A stretch of DNA of 64,000 nt, taken from Flavobacterium sp. (GTDB lineage Bacteria; Bacteroidota; Bacteroidia; Flavobacteriales; Flavobacteriaceae). The stretch covers positions 226,719 to 290,718 of the forward strand of contig NZ_JAGIAV010000003.1 of the NCBI RefSeq assembly GCF_017744675.1, read 5' to 3'. The notes below the pieces were generated by a model. It had not been told where the DNA came from. It saw nothing but the letters and a program-made list of their open reading frames with translations, and searched no databases. The position numbers were made by a program, and so were the translations under genes. Every line of letters starts with the position of its first letter. Position 1 is the first letter of the stretch. Shown here one piece after another: positions 19,468 to 29,431 of this stretch.

Positions 19468-19497
19468 AAAAAGGAAACAGAGATGTTTCCTTTTTTG
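19468..19497 (+). terminator. Rho-independent terminator
   Basis: aaggaaac-agagat-gtttcctttttt lies 23 nt after the stop at 19445. Confidence 0.7.
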
Positions 19498-19595
19498 TTT
19501 CCCCTCTTTTATAAAGAGCAAAACATATTTTTAATACCCATACATATAATTATTGTCTGATTTATATACTTAAATTAGCTTATCTATATAAATAT

Positions 19596-19628
19596 GAAAA
19601 AGCCTGAGAGTGTCTCTCAGGCTTTTTA
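19596..19628. terminator. Rho-independent terminator (serves the minus-strand OMP gene; symmetric A/T flanks)
   Basis: aaaaagcctgagag-tgt-ctctcaggcttttt. Confidence 0.7.
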
Positions 19629-19647
19629 ACAATTTACTGTACGATTA

Positions 19648-20298
19648 TTATTTGCTGAAATCGTAACTAAGTGAAGCGCCAAGTCCAAATTGAAATGTTG
19701 AAGCATAATCAGTAACGGCCACTGGTCCCCAATAGTAATCCCAGTAATAATCATACCCAACGGCTGCCGACATAGATTGCAAATAAGCATGAAGGTTAAT
19801 AGATATTGGTGAATCTGTTTTTATTTTTACACCACCTTTAATTTCCCATCCAAAATAAGTTCCACTACCGCTCTTTGGTGTTTCAAGAATTGCCACCCCA
19901 AGACCCGCACCCAAAAACGGAAGCGCCTTCTGAGAGCTTGAACCAAAGTAATAAGTATAATCTGCTAGGATATAATTAATAGCTCCTTTATCATCTCCAG
20001 CATTAACCTGAGTTCCTGGAGGAATAGCACCATTATTTAAAGGACCTTTTGTATACAAAGGCATCTTTGTATCAAGTCTGTTATATTTTAATTCTATAGA
20101 TGCGTTATCCATGATAAAATATTCCAAACCTAGACCATACTCAAAACCATCTTCGACTTTTGCGTATGAAGAGTCAAAATCTACTCTATCAGAAAAGGTG
20201 TAACCTCCATACAAATTAAGCAAAAATGAATGGGCGCTTTGCGCTGAAATCGTCAGTGAAAAGAAAAAAACGGCAACTAATAAATGATACTTTTTCAT
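19648..20298 (-). CDS. Outer-membrane beta-barrel protein (OmpW/porin-like)
   Basis: The internal ATG at 20298 gives signal peptide MKKYHLLVAVFFFSLTISAQS. The sequence has alternating aromatic/Gly beta-strand patterns and a C-terminal ...LGASLSYDFSK. Confidence 0.7.
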   Translation of the reverse strand: MKKYHLLVAVFFFSLTISAQSAHSFLLNLYGGYTFSDRVDFDSSYAKVEDGFEYGLGLEYFIMDNASIELKYNRLDTKMPLYTKGPLNNGAIPPGTQVNAGDDKGAINYILADYTYYFGSSSQKALPFLGAGLGVAILETPKSGSGTYFGWEIKGGVKIKTDSPISINLHAYLQSMSAAVGYDYYWDYYWGPVAVTDYASTFQFGLGASLSYDFSK

Positions 20299-21023
20299 AA
20301 TTTTTAATTTTAGTTTGTAATAAATGATTTCTTTATTTTTCTTAGCCAATCAAGCTAAATTGAAAAATAATGCTATGGTTTTGTATAAAATTGATTTTGG
20401 TTAGGCAATCATCTAGTAATCATTGTCTCTGCAATTCGCATAAATTATACTTTCACCAGTAGTTGTTTCACTTTCTTTTTTGCAGGCTATGCCAGCACTA
20501 TAAAAGATTTTAACTTTTTTTTCTCATGGTTTGCTACTTTTAGGTTTATGATTTGTTTAACTCCCTCAAAGTTATCCTACAAAAACATTTTGCCATAAAT
20601 AAATGAGCTTAATCATGTTGCAAATTATAAAATGAAACCACTTTTTTAACAGTTTTGATTTGGCTTACCGCTTTGAAGAGGTAAAAAAAGCTAACTGTCT
20701 TTTTTTGATGTCAATTCTAACTCAAAAAATCACATACCAAAATCGTTTTATAAAGAAGGGAATTCAAATACTTTTTTTGACAATGAAATTTAAATTTCGC
20801 TTATCAAAACATTAAACAAACTAAGAGGTAAAATTTATTTAATTGACTTTTTTATAGATCTAAAATTAAGTCATATGCTAAAAGGCTATTGCTTGACTCC
20901 TATAGTTCTTCTTTTAAAACTTGTTCCAAATTATAATCTGAAACCAAAGATTAACGATCTGAAAGCATTTTTTCTTGAACTTTACTAGATGTAAAACAGC
21001 TATTTTAACTAAAAAGTAAGCTT

Positions 21024-21803
21024 ATGGAATCCAACATAATACTTGAAACCGATGCATGGGTGATTGCAATATTATTATTTTCAGTAATGCTTATGTCTGT
21101 TTTCATAGGAAAGACAGTTGGAAAACGCATGCGAGGCAAAAAAACTGCAGAGAAAAAAATATCAGAAACTTCTGCCCTGACCGCTTTACTTTTTTTCTTG
21201 CTAGCTTTTACTTTTGGGATGAGCAGCGAACGCTATGATTCTAGAAGAAAAATAGTAGTTGAAGAAGCGAATGATATCGGCACAGCATTACTGCGCTGCG
21301 ATCTTTACCCTGATTCTGTTCGTACATTACTGCGAAAAGATTTTAAGCTTTATGTTGAAGCAAGAATAGATTATTATGCTGCTGGTCCAAATCTAAAAAA
21401 AATACTAAAAGCTGATAGTCTCTCCCAGGCAATTTCGTCCCGATTATGGAAACAAACTGCTGAGCTTTCTAAAAATCCTGCAAATCTAGCAGCTACACAG
21501 CAAATGATTCCGGCCTTGAATACCATGATAGATGTTACTTCGTCTCGTCTTGCTGGAGAAAAAGCAAAGGTTCCGCAAAGTATTTTAATAATGTTGTTTT
21601 TTCTTTCTGCCATTACAGCCTTCTACAACGGATATTCAGAAGCAGGAAAAGGAAAAGTAGATTGGCTGGTACAAATTGGATTCTGCCTTCTCGTTTCTCT
21701 TGTAATCCTTTTTACTCTAGACTTAGATAGACCTAGACGAGGATTTGTCAATTTAGATCTTCCCAATCAAACCATTATTGATCTCAGAAAAAATTTTGAC
21801 TAA
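21024..21803 (+). CDS. Membrane protein (DUF4239/bestrophin-like, from memory)
   Basis: 259 aa with N- and C-terminal TM segments. Central motif: LLAFTFGMSSERYDSRRKIVVEEANDIGTALLRCDL. Confidence 0.55.
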   Translation: MESNIILETDAWVIAILLFSVMLMSVFIGKTVGKRMRGKKTAEKKISETSALTALLFFLLAFTFGMSSERYDSRRKIVVEEANDIGTALLRCDLYPDSVRTLLRKDFKLYVEARIDYYAAGPNLKKILKADSLSQAISSRLWKQTAELSKNPANLAATQQMIPALNTMIDVTSSRLAGEKAKVPQSILIMLFFLSAITAFYNGYSEAGKGKVDWLVQIGFCLLVSLVILFTLDLDRPRRGFVNLDLPNQTIIDLRKNFD

Positions 21804-21892
21804 TTAATTTTTTTAAACATCATCCAAAAAACTTTCCGATCAAAAATTCAAATTGGCCACTATTGTGAAAAGATTTATCTTCTTAGAAAATA

Positions 21893-21931
21893 AAAAAAAG
21901 CCTGAAATGTAAAAAGCATTTCAGGCTTTCT
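21893..21931. terminator. Bidirectional Rho-independent terminator
   Basis: aaaaaaaagcctgaaatg-taaaaag-catttcaggctttc lies between convergent genes. Confidence 0.7.
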
Positions 21932-21952
21932 GCCTATAGAATAGTAAAAATA

Positions 21953-22144
21953 TTATTTCCAAGGATCTAGCACTACTTTCACACAGCCATCCTCTCGTCT
22001 TTTAAACACATCATAACCATGTGCAATTTCAGATAAAGGAAGTCTATGCGTAATAATATCATCCAGTTTTACTTTTCCCTGAACCACATATTCCAATAAT
22101 GCATCAATATATTTATGAGCAGGCGCTTGCCCGCCTTTAAGCAC
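21953..22144 (-). pseudogene. 3'-terminal remnant of a Zn-dependent alcohol/formaldehyde dehydrogenase family gene
   Basis: The 63 aa (..GGQAPAHKYIDALLEYVVQGKVKLDDIITHRLPLSEIAHGYDVFKRREDGCVKVVLDPWK) match only the C-terminal ~60 residues of ~380-aa MDR-family dehydrogenases. The start is a GTG that abuts the stop codon of the upstream gene. Confidence 0.5.
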
Positions 22145-23094
22145 TATTCTTTTATTGTAGCTTTATCTTGAAGAGCAATATCGGCGATTTCATCCTTGCG
22201 CAGAAAACGCACGCCTTCATGTTCCTGCATATATCTTATAAGCTCATAGGCAGCTTTTACCATTTGGGGAGTTCCACCGATACGATCATGAAAGCTAATA
22301 GACATTTGTCGACGACGGGTTTCACCCTCAGCATAAAGCTGATCGAATTCCATTTTGGCTTGCTGCAGAAACTGATCTGCTGAAAAATTCTTTCCTTCGA
22401 TAAGAACAATGTCATTGCATCTCAGCGTATAAGGCACTACCGCAAAATCCTTTTTCTTAACTTGAATCACAAAAGGTTCATCACGGCTGATATCATCGAT
22501 ATGATACTTAAAACCTAGTTCTTGCAAAATGTCTAGAGTATTGACTCCTCGTCTGAGCCAGTTTGCATTATATCCAACTGGTGTAAATCCTGTAACGTTT
22601 TTTATGGCATCGGCTCCATCTTTGATAAATTTCTTTTCTTGCTCATATTCCATAGTATATTGCGTACTCCAATTCATACCATGTGCGGCAGCCTCATGTC
22701 CGCGGCGAACAATTTCTTTGGCAAGCTCTGGATTTTTCAAAACTGCTGTTCCTACCATGTGCGAGGTTACTTTGACTCCAAGTTTATCCCAATTGTCAAG
22801 CATTCTAGGAATCCCTTCCTTATAACCATAATCATACCATGTTGCGGAAGGAATGTCAATATATCCTTTTTGTATATTTTGAGGAAACGGACTCTCAGCA
22901 TTCTGTGGTTGTCCGCCCGCCTCAAACTGCATCGAGATGGAAACCACTAGTCTTGTTCCGTCAGGCCATTTTGAGCTTTGAATGTCCGTTAATCCAGCCA
23001 CTTTCGGAATTTCTTTAAAGGCATCTAGAGGGCTGACAATTCCTGCTATCCCAATTATTCCAGTCTGTTTTATAAAATTTCGTCTCGTGTTCAT
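22144..23094 (-). CDS. Polysaccharide deacetylase-family protein with Tat signal
   Basis: 316 aa. The N-terminus MNTRRNFIKQTGIIGIAG is a twin-arginine motif. The body resembles NodB/PuuE-like deacetylases. Confidence 0.65.
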   Translation of the reverse strand: MNTRRNFIKQTGIIGIAGIVSPLDAFKEIPKVAGLTDIQSSKWPDGTRLVVSISMQFEAGGQPQNAESPFPQNIQKGYIDIPSATWYDYGYKEGIPRMLDNWDKLGVKVTSHMVGTAVLKNPELAKEIVRRGHEAAAHGMNWSTQYTMEYEQEKKFIKDGADAIKNVTGFTPVGYNANWLRRGVNTLDILQELGFKYHIDDISRDEPFVIQVKKKDFAVVPYTLRCNDIVLIEGKNFSADQFLQQAKMEFDQLYAEGETRRRQMSISFHDRIGGTPQMVKAAYELIRYMQEHEGVRFLRKDEIADIALQDKATIKE

Positions 23095-23099
23095 TAGTA

Positions 23100-23492
23100 T
23101 TATTTTTTGATTACTAAATCTACTGCCCAGCTATTGCAATCAATAAATTGCAGCAGAGCGGCAAAAAAGGCAATATGAATGAGCTGAGAAGGAATAGCTT
23201 CCCAGTTCTCAATCATTGATGTTCCAAAGAGCAAAGCAAGCATACAGATGCTTCCGACAATAAGAGCGTATTTTGTGAACAGTCCAGATAATAACAGCAG
23301 ACCCACTAAAAATTCAGCTATCGGCAAAATATAGCTGAAAGGCATGACCACGATTCTAGGTAGCAGGGATTTTTCAAAGCTATCGGTCATCCAGATGCTA
23401 AAAGCGTTTAATTTTGGCAGGCGAACCAGCCCATGTCCAAATATGCTTGTACCTAACGCAAGACGTACAAGTAAAAAAGAAGTTGTTTTCAT
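23100..23492 (-). CDS. DoxX-family membrane protein
   Basis: 130 aa with four hydrophobic segments. Motifs LVRLALGTSIFGHGLVRL and AEFLVGLLLLSGLFTK are typical of DoxX. Confidence 0.6.
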   Translation of the reverse strand: MKTTSFLLVRLALGTSIFGHGLVRLPKLNAFSIWMTDSFEKSLLPRIVVMPFSYILPIAEFLVGLLLLSGLFTKYALIVGSICMLALLFGTSMIENWEAIPSQLIHIAFFAALLQFIDCNSWAVDLVIKK

Positions 23493-23564
23493 TTTCTGTG
23501 ATTTTATAATACAAATTTGAGGAGAACCATTTTTTTAAATTTGTACAATCATTGGATTAATTTG

Positions 23565-23572
23565 TACTTTTG
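23565..23572 (+). promoter_or_regulatory. -7 promoter box TAnnTTTG (TACTTTTG), 4 nt upstream of the ATG
   Basis: tacttttg-aaag-ATG(23577). Confidence 0.5.
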
Positions 23573-23576
23573 AAAG

Positions 23577-24416
23577 ATGGAAATTAGAAATCTGCACCGT
23601 CCTTTTGAGATCCAGCTTTTAGAAGTGCTGGAATATGAAGCTAAACTGCATCGAAACCTTTTCTTTGAGATGGTTTTTGTCCTTGAAGGAAAAGGAATTC
23701 AGATCATTAACGACCATAGACTTCCTTACGGACCGGACAAGCTTTTTTTGATATTTCCCCAAGATACCCATAGCTTTGAGGTAACTCAGAAAACACGCTT
23801 TTTATTTATCAGGTTTCATCACAGTTACCTTAAAACACAAAGCACGGAGTGGGTTCAAAAATTAGAGTTTATTTTTCACAACCACAATCATTTGCCGGGC
23901 TGTATTTTAAAAACCGTCACCGACAAACCATTGGTGCGCGCGATAGCTGAAGCTCTGATAAGAGAAGACCATAGCGATTTTCCGCAGCAGCAGGAAGTAA
24001 TAAAGCAACTGCTAAACACAATCATTACCGTTGCGGCAAGGAATATTTCTATTATTTCGCCTTTTGATGCCAACAGCTCTTCAACTGATACTAGTTTAGA
24101 TCTTCTCAATTACGTACATCATAATATTTATCAGCCTCAACAGCTTAAAGCAAAAAAAATAGCATTGCAATTTAATGTTTCAGACACTTACATCAGCGAA
24201 TACTTCAAGGCCAAAACCAAACAAAGCATGCAAAACTACATCATCGCATATAAAATGAAGCTGATCGAAACCAGACTGAAATTCACCAATATGCAGATCA
24301 ATGAGATTGTCTATGAATTTGGATTCAGCGATGCCAGTCACCTCAATAGGCTCTTCAAAAAACACACAGGATTGAATCCTACGGAATACAAAAAACAATT
24401 CAGAAATATACAATGA
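23577..24416 (+). CDS. AraC-family transcriptional regulator
   Basis: 279 aa with a cupin-like N-domain and a C-terminal HTH (FGFSDASHLNRLFKKHTGLNPTEYKK). It is divergent from the DoxX/deacetylase genes. Confidence 0.85.
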   Translation: MEIRNLHRPFEIQLLEVLEYEAKLHRNLFFEMVFVLEGKGIQIINDHRLPYGPDKLFLIFPQDTHSFEVTQKTRFLFIRFHHSYLKTQSTEWVQKLEFIFHNHNHLPGCILKTVTDKPLVRAIAEALIREDHSDFPQQQEVIKQLLNTIITVAARNISIISPFDANSSSTDTSLDLLNYVHHNIYQPQQLKAKKIALQFNVSDTYISEYFKAKTKQSMQNYIIAYKMKLIETRLKFTNMQINEIVYEFGFSDASHLNRLFKKHTGLNPTEYKKQFRNIQ

Positions 24417-24456
24417 AATCTGTATGACAGCAGAAGTACAAGAAAATCTTTCTAAA

Positions 24457-24936
24457 CTAAAAAATGGAATTTTTATATGCTTTTGAAAAGACAAAGACAT
24501 TATTGGGCATTGCTGCTTGAAGATGCAAGAGTTTCTCTTGAAGGGTTCCGTCTAAGCCTGAGCAGATGATTTCTATCATTAATTTTAAATCATTAAAATC
24601 CCAAGGCTTGACCATGTAGGCCACTGCACCCAAATCACGAGCCTCTTCGATGCCTATAAGTCTCGAAGAAGTTGAAGCCATGATGACAGGAAGATGAGCA
24701 AAACGGCTGTCACTTTTAAGAAGCTTCAAGCATTCCCATCCGTTCATGGCGGGCATACCGGCATCCAAGATTATAAGCATTGGCTGTATATCCATATCAG
24801 AAAGCATTTCTAAGGCGCGTGTTCCTCCTTCTGCACACAAAAGCGTAAAGGCATTCTTTAATCCTGAAAATGCCTCTGTAAAAAACTCCCTATCATCGCA
24901 GTCGTCATCTATAAGTAAAATTATTTTAGTATGCAT
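24457..24936 (-). CDS. Stand-alone response-regulator receiver protein
   Basis: The ATG at 24936 gives MHTKIILLIDDDCDDREFF..ILDAGMPAMNG..KP, a CheY-like receiver with no output domain. Confidence 0.8.
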   Translation of the reverse strand: MHTKIILLIDDDCDDREFFTEAFSGLKNAFTLLCAEGGTRALEMLSDMDIQPMLIILDAGMPAMNGWECLKLLKSDSRFAHLPVIMASTSSRLIGIEEARDLGAVAYMVKPWDFNDLKLMIEIICSGLDGTLQEKLLHLQAAMPNNVFVFSKAYKNSIF

Positions 24937-25002
24937 TTCAAAAAATTTTATTACTGCTTTATTGTCTAAATAAATCAATAAAAAGAAAAATATGTAAACA
25001 TT

Positions 25003-25031
25003 AAAAAGCGGTTAGGAAAAACTCTTAACCG
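25003..25031 (-). terminator. Rho-independent terminator of the fasciclin gene
   Basis: On the minus strand: gcggtta-(11-nt loop)-taaccgc followed by TTTTT. Confidence 0.6.
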
Positions 25032-25062
25032 CAATTGTTAAACCATTATGCAAAATCTTGCC

Positions 25063-26037
25063 TTAAAACTTAGGCAATAAAACCTTGTCGATAGCGTGAA
25101 TAATACCGTTTGAGCATTGTACATCAGTAATAATGATATTGCTTACTCTTCCACTCGCATCTGTTATTTTTGCCCCTCCTGTTAAATTAACTGTAAAGCT
25201 TTGGCTGGCAGCTGTGTTTACAACTTGACCATTTGTCAATGCTGAAGACTGGACATTTGCCCCCGCAACAACATGATATTTTAAAGTCGTTTCCAGCACA
25301 TTTGCAGGAATAGCAGAAAGTCCAGAAAAACCAGTCTCGGTCAGAAAGCTTGCAAAAGCAGTATTTGTGGGGGCAAAAACGGTAAATGGCGAACCAGTTG
25401 TTCCCGACAATAGTCCCACAAAACCTGATGAAGAATTATAACTCAAGGCAGATACAAGAGTGGTAAAGTTTTTATTTGCTATAGCATGGTTCGCTATAGT
25501 TGGCAAACCAATAACACCATCAACTATATGCACAACGCCATTTGATGCCTCTGTATCGGCAGCGGTTACAGTTGCTCCACCATTTGCTTTTCCTCCATTA
25601 ATATCAACAGAAGTATTTTTTTCTATGTACATGCTCAAGGTATTGGTACTTGACGCACTTCCTTTAGCTAGTGTTTTAACATATCCCGTTACAATGTCGC
25701 TGGATTTCACTTTTGTGCTTAATACGTGATTAAGTAAAATTTCCTTCAATGCGGCAACCGGAACTGCATTAAGATCTGCATATCCGTTTTTGGATAAAAA
25801 GGCACTAAAAGCTTCATTAGTTGGTGCAAATACGGTGAAAGATCCCGAAGCGTTTAAAGTGCCAGCAAGACCTGCTTTTTCTAAAGCAGCTGTAAGAGAA
25901 CTTAACTTAGGATTTGATTTTGCAGTGGCATAAATGGTCAGACTTTCTGATGAAGGGGTATCATCATTACTGCTACATGAGCTTATTAAAGCAAATAATA
26001 ACAGTAAAGCTGTAAATTTAATTTTAATCGTTTTCAT
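25063..26037 (-). CDS. Fasciclin (FAS1) domain lipoprotein, two FAS1 domains
   Basis: 324 aa with a lipobox (LISSCSS). FTVFAPTNEAF/FTVFAPTNTAF and VVHIVDGVI/IIHAIDKVL motifs each occur once per domain. Confidence 0.85.
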   Translation of the reverse strand: MKTIKIKFTALLLLFALISSCSSNDDTPSSESLTIYATAKSNPKLSSLTAALEKAGLAGTLNASGSFTVFAPTNEAFSAFLSKNGYADLNAVPVAALKEILLNHVLSTKVKSSDIVTGYVKTLAKGSASSTNTLSMYIEKNTSVDINGGKANGGATVTAADTEASNGVVHIVDGVIGLPTIANHAIANKNFTTLVSALSYNSSSGFVGLLSGTTGSPFTVFAPTNTAFASFLTETGFSGLSAIPANVLETTLKYHVVAGANVQSSALTNGQVVNTAASQSFTVNLTGGAKITDASGRVSNIIITDVQCSNGIIHAIDKVLLPKF

Positions 26038-26281
26038 AGTATATTTTTTTTATGATTAGCTACTATAAATTTACAAATATTTTGTTTAACAAAAACAACA
26101 AAACATTAAACAAAATAAAATTTTAGCAAAATTTTAACAACTAAACAAAAACATACAACACTACAAATCAAATAGTTAAATAGACTATTTCCCTCTTGAT
26201 TTGAATCATATAGCTCTAGTACTTTTAAATAAATAACAATGATTATTTAGTTCTTAAACTTTAAGAAATGAAGCAACTGTT

Positions 26282-26289
26282 TATATTTG
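26282..26289 (+). promoter_or_regulatory. -7 promoter box TAnnTTTG (TATATTTG)
   Basis: Lies 32 nt upstream of the ATG at 26321. Confidence 0.45.
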
Positions 26290-26320
26290 TATATAAATCC
26301 CCATAGGGCTTCTAAAATTT

Positions 26321-27604
26321 ATGACAGAAAAAATCTTTTACAGTTTTTTATTTTTAATTTCAATAGCAAGCTCATCTATAGCACAGGAAAAAGACAGCTT
26401 AAGCAGGCAATTTATACTGAATGCTGAGATCAGACCAAGAGCTGAATATACTTCTAATTATATCCTACCGCCCAACGTTTCTATTGATCCTTATTTATAT
26501 CTTACACAGAGAAACAGAGTTTCAATGGCATACAGTCATAAAAAATGGCTTGTCAAGTCGGATTTTCAGGAAATTCATCTTTGGGATCAAAATAGTAAAG
26601 CGGGAAAAACAGTTGGTCTAAATTTTTATCAGCTTTTTTTTGAAACTAAATTTAAGTCATTCAATCTTCGAATAGGCAGACAGAGTGTTCTCCTGGACAA
26701 TGGTAGGCTGTTCTCGGATGCTCCTTGGGCACAACAGGGACGGGCTCATGAAGGCATTCGTTTGATGCAGCAATCTAAGAACTTCGCTAATGATTTCTTC
26801 TTTTTATTTACTCGTCCTTACAGCAAAAATTTTGAAAAGGCTTATTCGCCAGTCGCTTCCAACGGCTATAAATATCTGATGATTTACAATTTAAATTATA
26901 AATTCAATGAAAGGTTCTCTATTAATTCTCTTAATACGGTTGACTTTCTCGAACAGCCAAACTCCGGAACTTTATACACAAGAGCTACAGTTGGCGGAAG
27001 AATTGACTTTAAAAAGAAAAACTGGTTTTACACCTTAAACAGTTACATGCAATTTGGACGAAATGCCAAAGGACAGCCATTATCTGCTTACTATTTTCAG
27101 CCTGAAATTAAATGGACCAACATTAACTACACGCTACGTCTTGGTGCCGAAGTAATAAGCGGCAGTAGTCCTAATTTAAAAGATGGACATTCAGGAGATT
27201 TTGATGTTTTGTATGGCGTTACTTGGAAGTTTAATGGAAACATGAACGTATTTACTCGTTTCCCAGCTGATGTAGGAGGCAAAGGTTTGATGAATCCTTA
27301 CCTTTTCAACCAGCTGCAGATCAATTCGAAACTATCTCTTCGCAATGATTTTCATTTGTTTTATACCCAATATCCTCTTGCCAATGAGCAGAATCAGAAA
27401 ATGTCGCGTTTTCTAGGTTTTGAAAATGATTTTTCATTGCGCTACAGTCCCATACGACAGTTGGATATAAACTGTGCGTTTTCTTTTTATCAGCCCACAG
27501 ACTCTATGGCGAACCTTCCAAAAATACAACAGACTGACAAGACTGCATTCTGGAGCTATCTTATGGTTTCTTATAATTTTAACGCTATCAATTTTAGGCA
27601 TTAG
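26321..27604 (+). CDS. Outer-membrane beta-barrel protein (alginate-export-like porin, from memory)
   Basis: 427 aa with a signal peptide. LNAEIRPRAEYTSNY sits at the N-terminus, beta-strand periodicity runs throughout, and the C-terminus is aromatic. Confidence 0.55.
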   Translation: MTEKIFYSFLFLISIASSSIAQEKDSLSRQFILNAEIRPRAEYTSNYILPPNVSIDPYLYLTQRNRVSMAYSHKKWLVKSDFQEIHLWDQNSKAGKTVGLNFYQLFFETKFKSFNLRIGRQSVLLDNGRLFSDAPWAQQGRAHEGIRLMQQSKNFANDFFFLFTRPYSKNFEKAYSPVASNGYKYLMIYNLNYKFNERFSINSLNTVDFLEQPNSGTLYTRATVGGRIDFKKKNWFYTLNSYMQFGRNAKGQPLSAYYFQPEIKWTNINYTLRLGAEVISGSSPNLKDGHSGDFDVLYGVTWKFNGNMNVFTRFPADVGGKGLMNPYLFNQLQINSKLSLRNDFHLFYTQYPLANEQNQKMSRFLGFENDFSLRYSPIRQLDINCAFSFYQPTDSMANLPKIQQTDKTAFWSYLMVSYNFNAINFRH

Positions 27605-27614
27605 AAAAAATCAT

Positions 27615-27644
27615 AAAAAAGTCGCAAAGACATTCTTTACGACT
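27615..27644 (-). terminator. Probable Rho-independent terminator of the antiporter gene
   Basis: agtcgcaaaga-cat-tctttacgact (11-bp stem with one mismatch), followed by a T-run on the minus strand. Confidence 0.45.
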
Positions 27645-27727
27645 TATAAATCAGGAAATTGAACTATGAATTCGTTCGTTTAAATAATCTTAAACAACTT
27701 TGAATAGATGATTGATGTTTTATAATT

Positions 27728-28900
27728 TTAAATCATACTTTTTGTGACTGGCAGTTTATAAATCAGTCGCTGGATAATGACCAACCAGATGCTTGATAGA
27801 ATCATGGTAGAAGTTATCACTGCAAGGGTGATCTGATGCATATAATCTTCCACTAGCCCCAATGAGGCAGCAAGCGTAAGTAGCACAAAGCTAAATTCGC
27901 CAATTTGCGATAATAGTCCGCCAGCGTATATGCTGTCTCGCCAGCTGTTTCCTGTAAACTTAAAAAGCAGACTGTTAATCAAGCTGTTTATTAAAAGGAC
28001 ACTTACCGAAATTATAAAAATTGTGCCTGCATTTACTAGAAAAAATCTAATATCAAGCTGTAGTCCAATGGCAAGAAAAAAGAATGCCATAAAGAAAACC
28101 TTAAAAGGAACTAGCGATTTTCCGAGCCAGCGTGTTGCTTTATCTTGTCCAATTAGTATTCCTGCCGCAAAGGCACCAAAAGCAGGAGATAATCCGAACC
28201 AAGAACTGACCCAAGCCATTCCAAAACAGATACAAAAGCCTATAAAAACTTGCAGATCATGATCGGCAATAATCTCTCTTCTCATCGGAATCTGAAAAAT
28301 TCGCTTGGTAATTGCTGCCCGCAAAAACAACACTATTAACGTGCCTCCTATACAAACCTTTGCTAGTTCGTAAACAGATATGCCATTACCCGAAATAAAA
28401 TTTAAGGACAAGATCATGGGTACAACTAGTATATCTTGCATCAGAAGCACACCGCAAGTTATAGTACCTAACTTGCTTTTAATCTCTCCCGTTCTTTCCA
28501 AATACTGAAATACAATAGCCGAACTGCTGAGGCTTATTATAAAAGATAATAATATAATTCTGCTGGACGACCACTCTAAGTGCGTTCCTAAAGCGTATAT
28601 GCATACAGCGCTTAACACAATCTGGATTAAAGCTATTATAAAAGGCTTATAGAAATTCTGACTGAAATGATGCAGATCTATTTCTGTTCCTATAGAAAAC
28701 ATAAGCAGTACAATGCCAATTTCTCCCAATTCTGCGGCTACAGCCGGATCAGGTATTAGATTTAAAAGTTGTGGTCCTAAAAGGATTCCTGCAGCAATGT
28801 AAGCAATAAAATAGGGCTGATTAAACCGGCGCAAGACCATTATCAATAACAATACAGCACAACAAAGCACTGCCATGGCAGAAAATAATTCAGAAGTCAT
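27728..28900 (-). CDS. Cation:proton antiporter (CPA2/Kef-type membrane domain)
   Basis: 390 aa and polytopic. Motifs: YIAAGILLGPQLLNLI, LLMFSIGTEIDL, GAFAAGILIG. Confidence 0.8.
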   Translation of the reverse strand: MTSELFSAMAVLCCAVLLLIMVLRRFNQPYFIAYIAAGILLGPQLLNLIPDPAVAAELGEIGIVLLMFSIGTEIDLHHFSQNFYKPFIIALIQIVLSAVCIYALGTHLEWSSSRIILLSFIISLSSSAIVFQYLERTGEIKSKLGTITCGVLLMQDILVVPMILSLNFISGNGISVYELAKVCIGGTLIVLFLRAAITKRIFQIPMRREIIADHDLQVFIGFCICFGMAWVSSWFGLSPAFGAFAAGILIGQDKATRWLGKSLVPFKVFFMAFFFLAIGLQLDIRFFLVNAGTIFIISVSVLLINSLINSLLFKFTGNSWRDSIYAGGLLSQIGEFSFVLLTLAASLGLVEDYMHQITLAVITSTMILSSIWLVIIQRLIYKLPVTKSMI

Positions 28901-28920
28901 AGTTATAGCTTTTTTTAATG

Positions 28921-28943
28921 AAAAAGCCGTCCGAGAGGACAGC
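28921..28943 (-). terminator. Rho-independent terminator of hsp20
   Basis: On the minus strand: gctgtcc-tctc-ggacggc followed by TTTTT. Confidence 0.55.
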
Positions 28944-28978
28944 TTTAAAATAAAAAAGGTAAAATAGCAGATTAGAAA

Positions 28979-29431
28979 TTAAGCGATTTCAATCATTCTA
29001 GGAGGTTTCTGTTTTGCTTCTTCCTTTTTAGGTATAGACAGATAAAGAATGCCGCTTACATAACGTGCACTGATTTTATCTTCGTCCACCACATTTTTAG
29101 GCAGCTCAAAACTTCTCTGGAAAGATTGGTAACTGAATTCCCTGCGTGTAAAATTCTCCTGCTCGATGGTTTGTTGATTTTCCTTTTCTGAAGAAATTGT
29201 CAGTAAATTTCCATCGAGAGTTACTTTAAAATCATTCTTGTCCAGACCTGGAGCAGCAACTTCTACTTCATAATGGTCTGCAGTTTCTTTGATGTTTACC
29301 GATGGCAGGGTGGTGCTTGTTGTAGAAAAATTTTTGTTTTCCCAATTGAAAAGCTCTCGGCCAAAAACGTCATCAAAAAACGTACGTGGCAAACCTGGAT
29401 GTTGGCTTGCATTTCTTTTGATAAGATTCAT
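28979..29431 (-). CDS. Small heat-shock protein, Hsp20/alpha-crystallin family
   Basis: 150 aa. PSVNIKETADHYEVEVAAPGLDKNDFKVTLDGNLLTISSEKE and GILYLSIPKKE are classic ACD motifs. Confidence 0.9.
   Translation of the reverse strand: MNLIKRNASQHPGLPRTFFDDVFGRELFNWENKNFSTTSTTLPSVNIKETADHYEVEVAAPGLDKNDFKVTLDGNLLTISSEKENQQTIEQENFTRREFSYQSFQRSFELPKNVVDEDKISARYVSGILYLSIPKKEEAKQKPPRMIEIA

Noticed and set aside
20350-21023. 674-bp ORF-free intergenic region examined for a riboswitch, sRNA or tRNA
   Set aside because: I recognised no conserved riboswitch core, tRNA-like arms or strong terminator-flanked structure. Only short chance ORFs are present. It is left as an unexplained long spacer.
26086-26175. 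~90-nt nearly G-free A/C-rich tract between the fasciclin and porin genes (a similar short tract lies at 12030..12055)
   Set aside because: It is a compositional oddity without repeat structure, symmetry or coding potential. It is probably just promoter/UTR spacer, with nothing testable beyond that.
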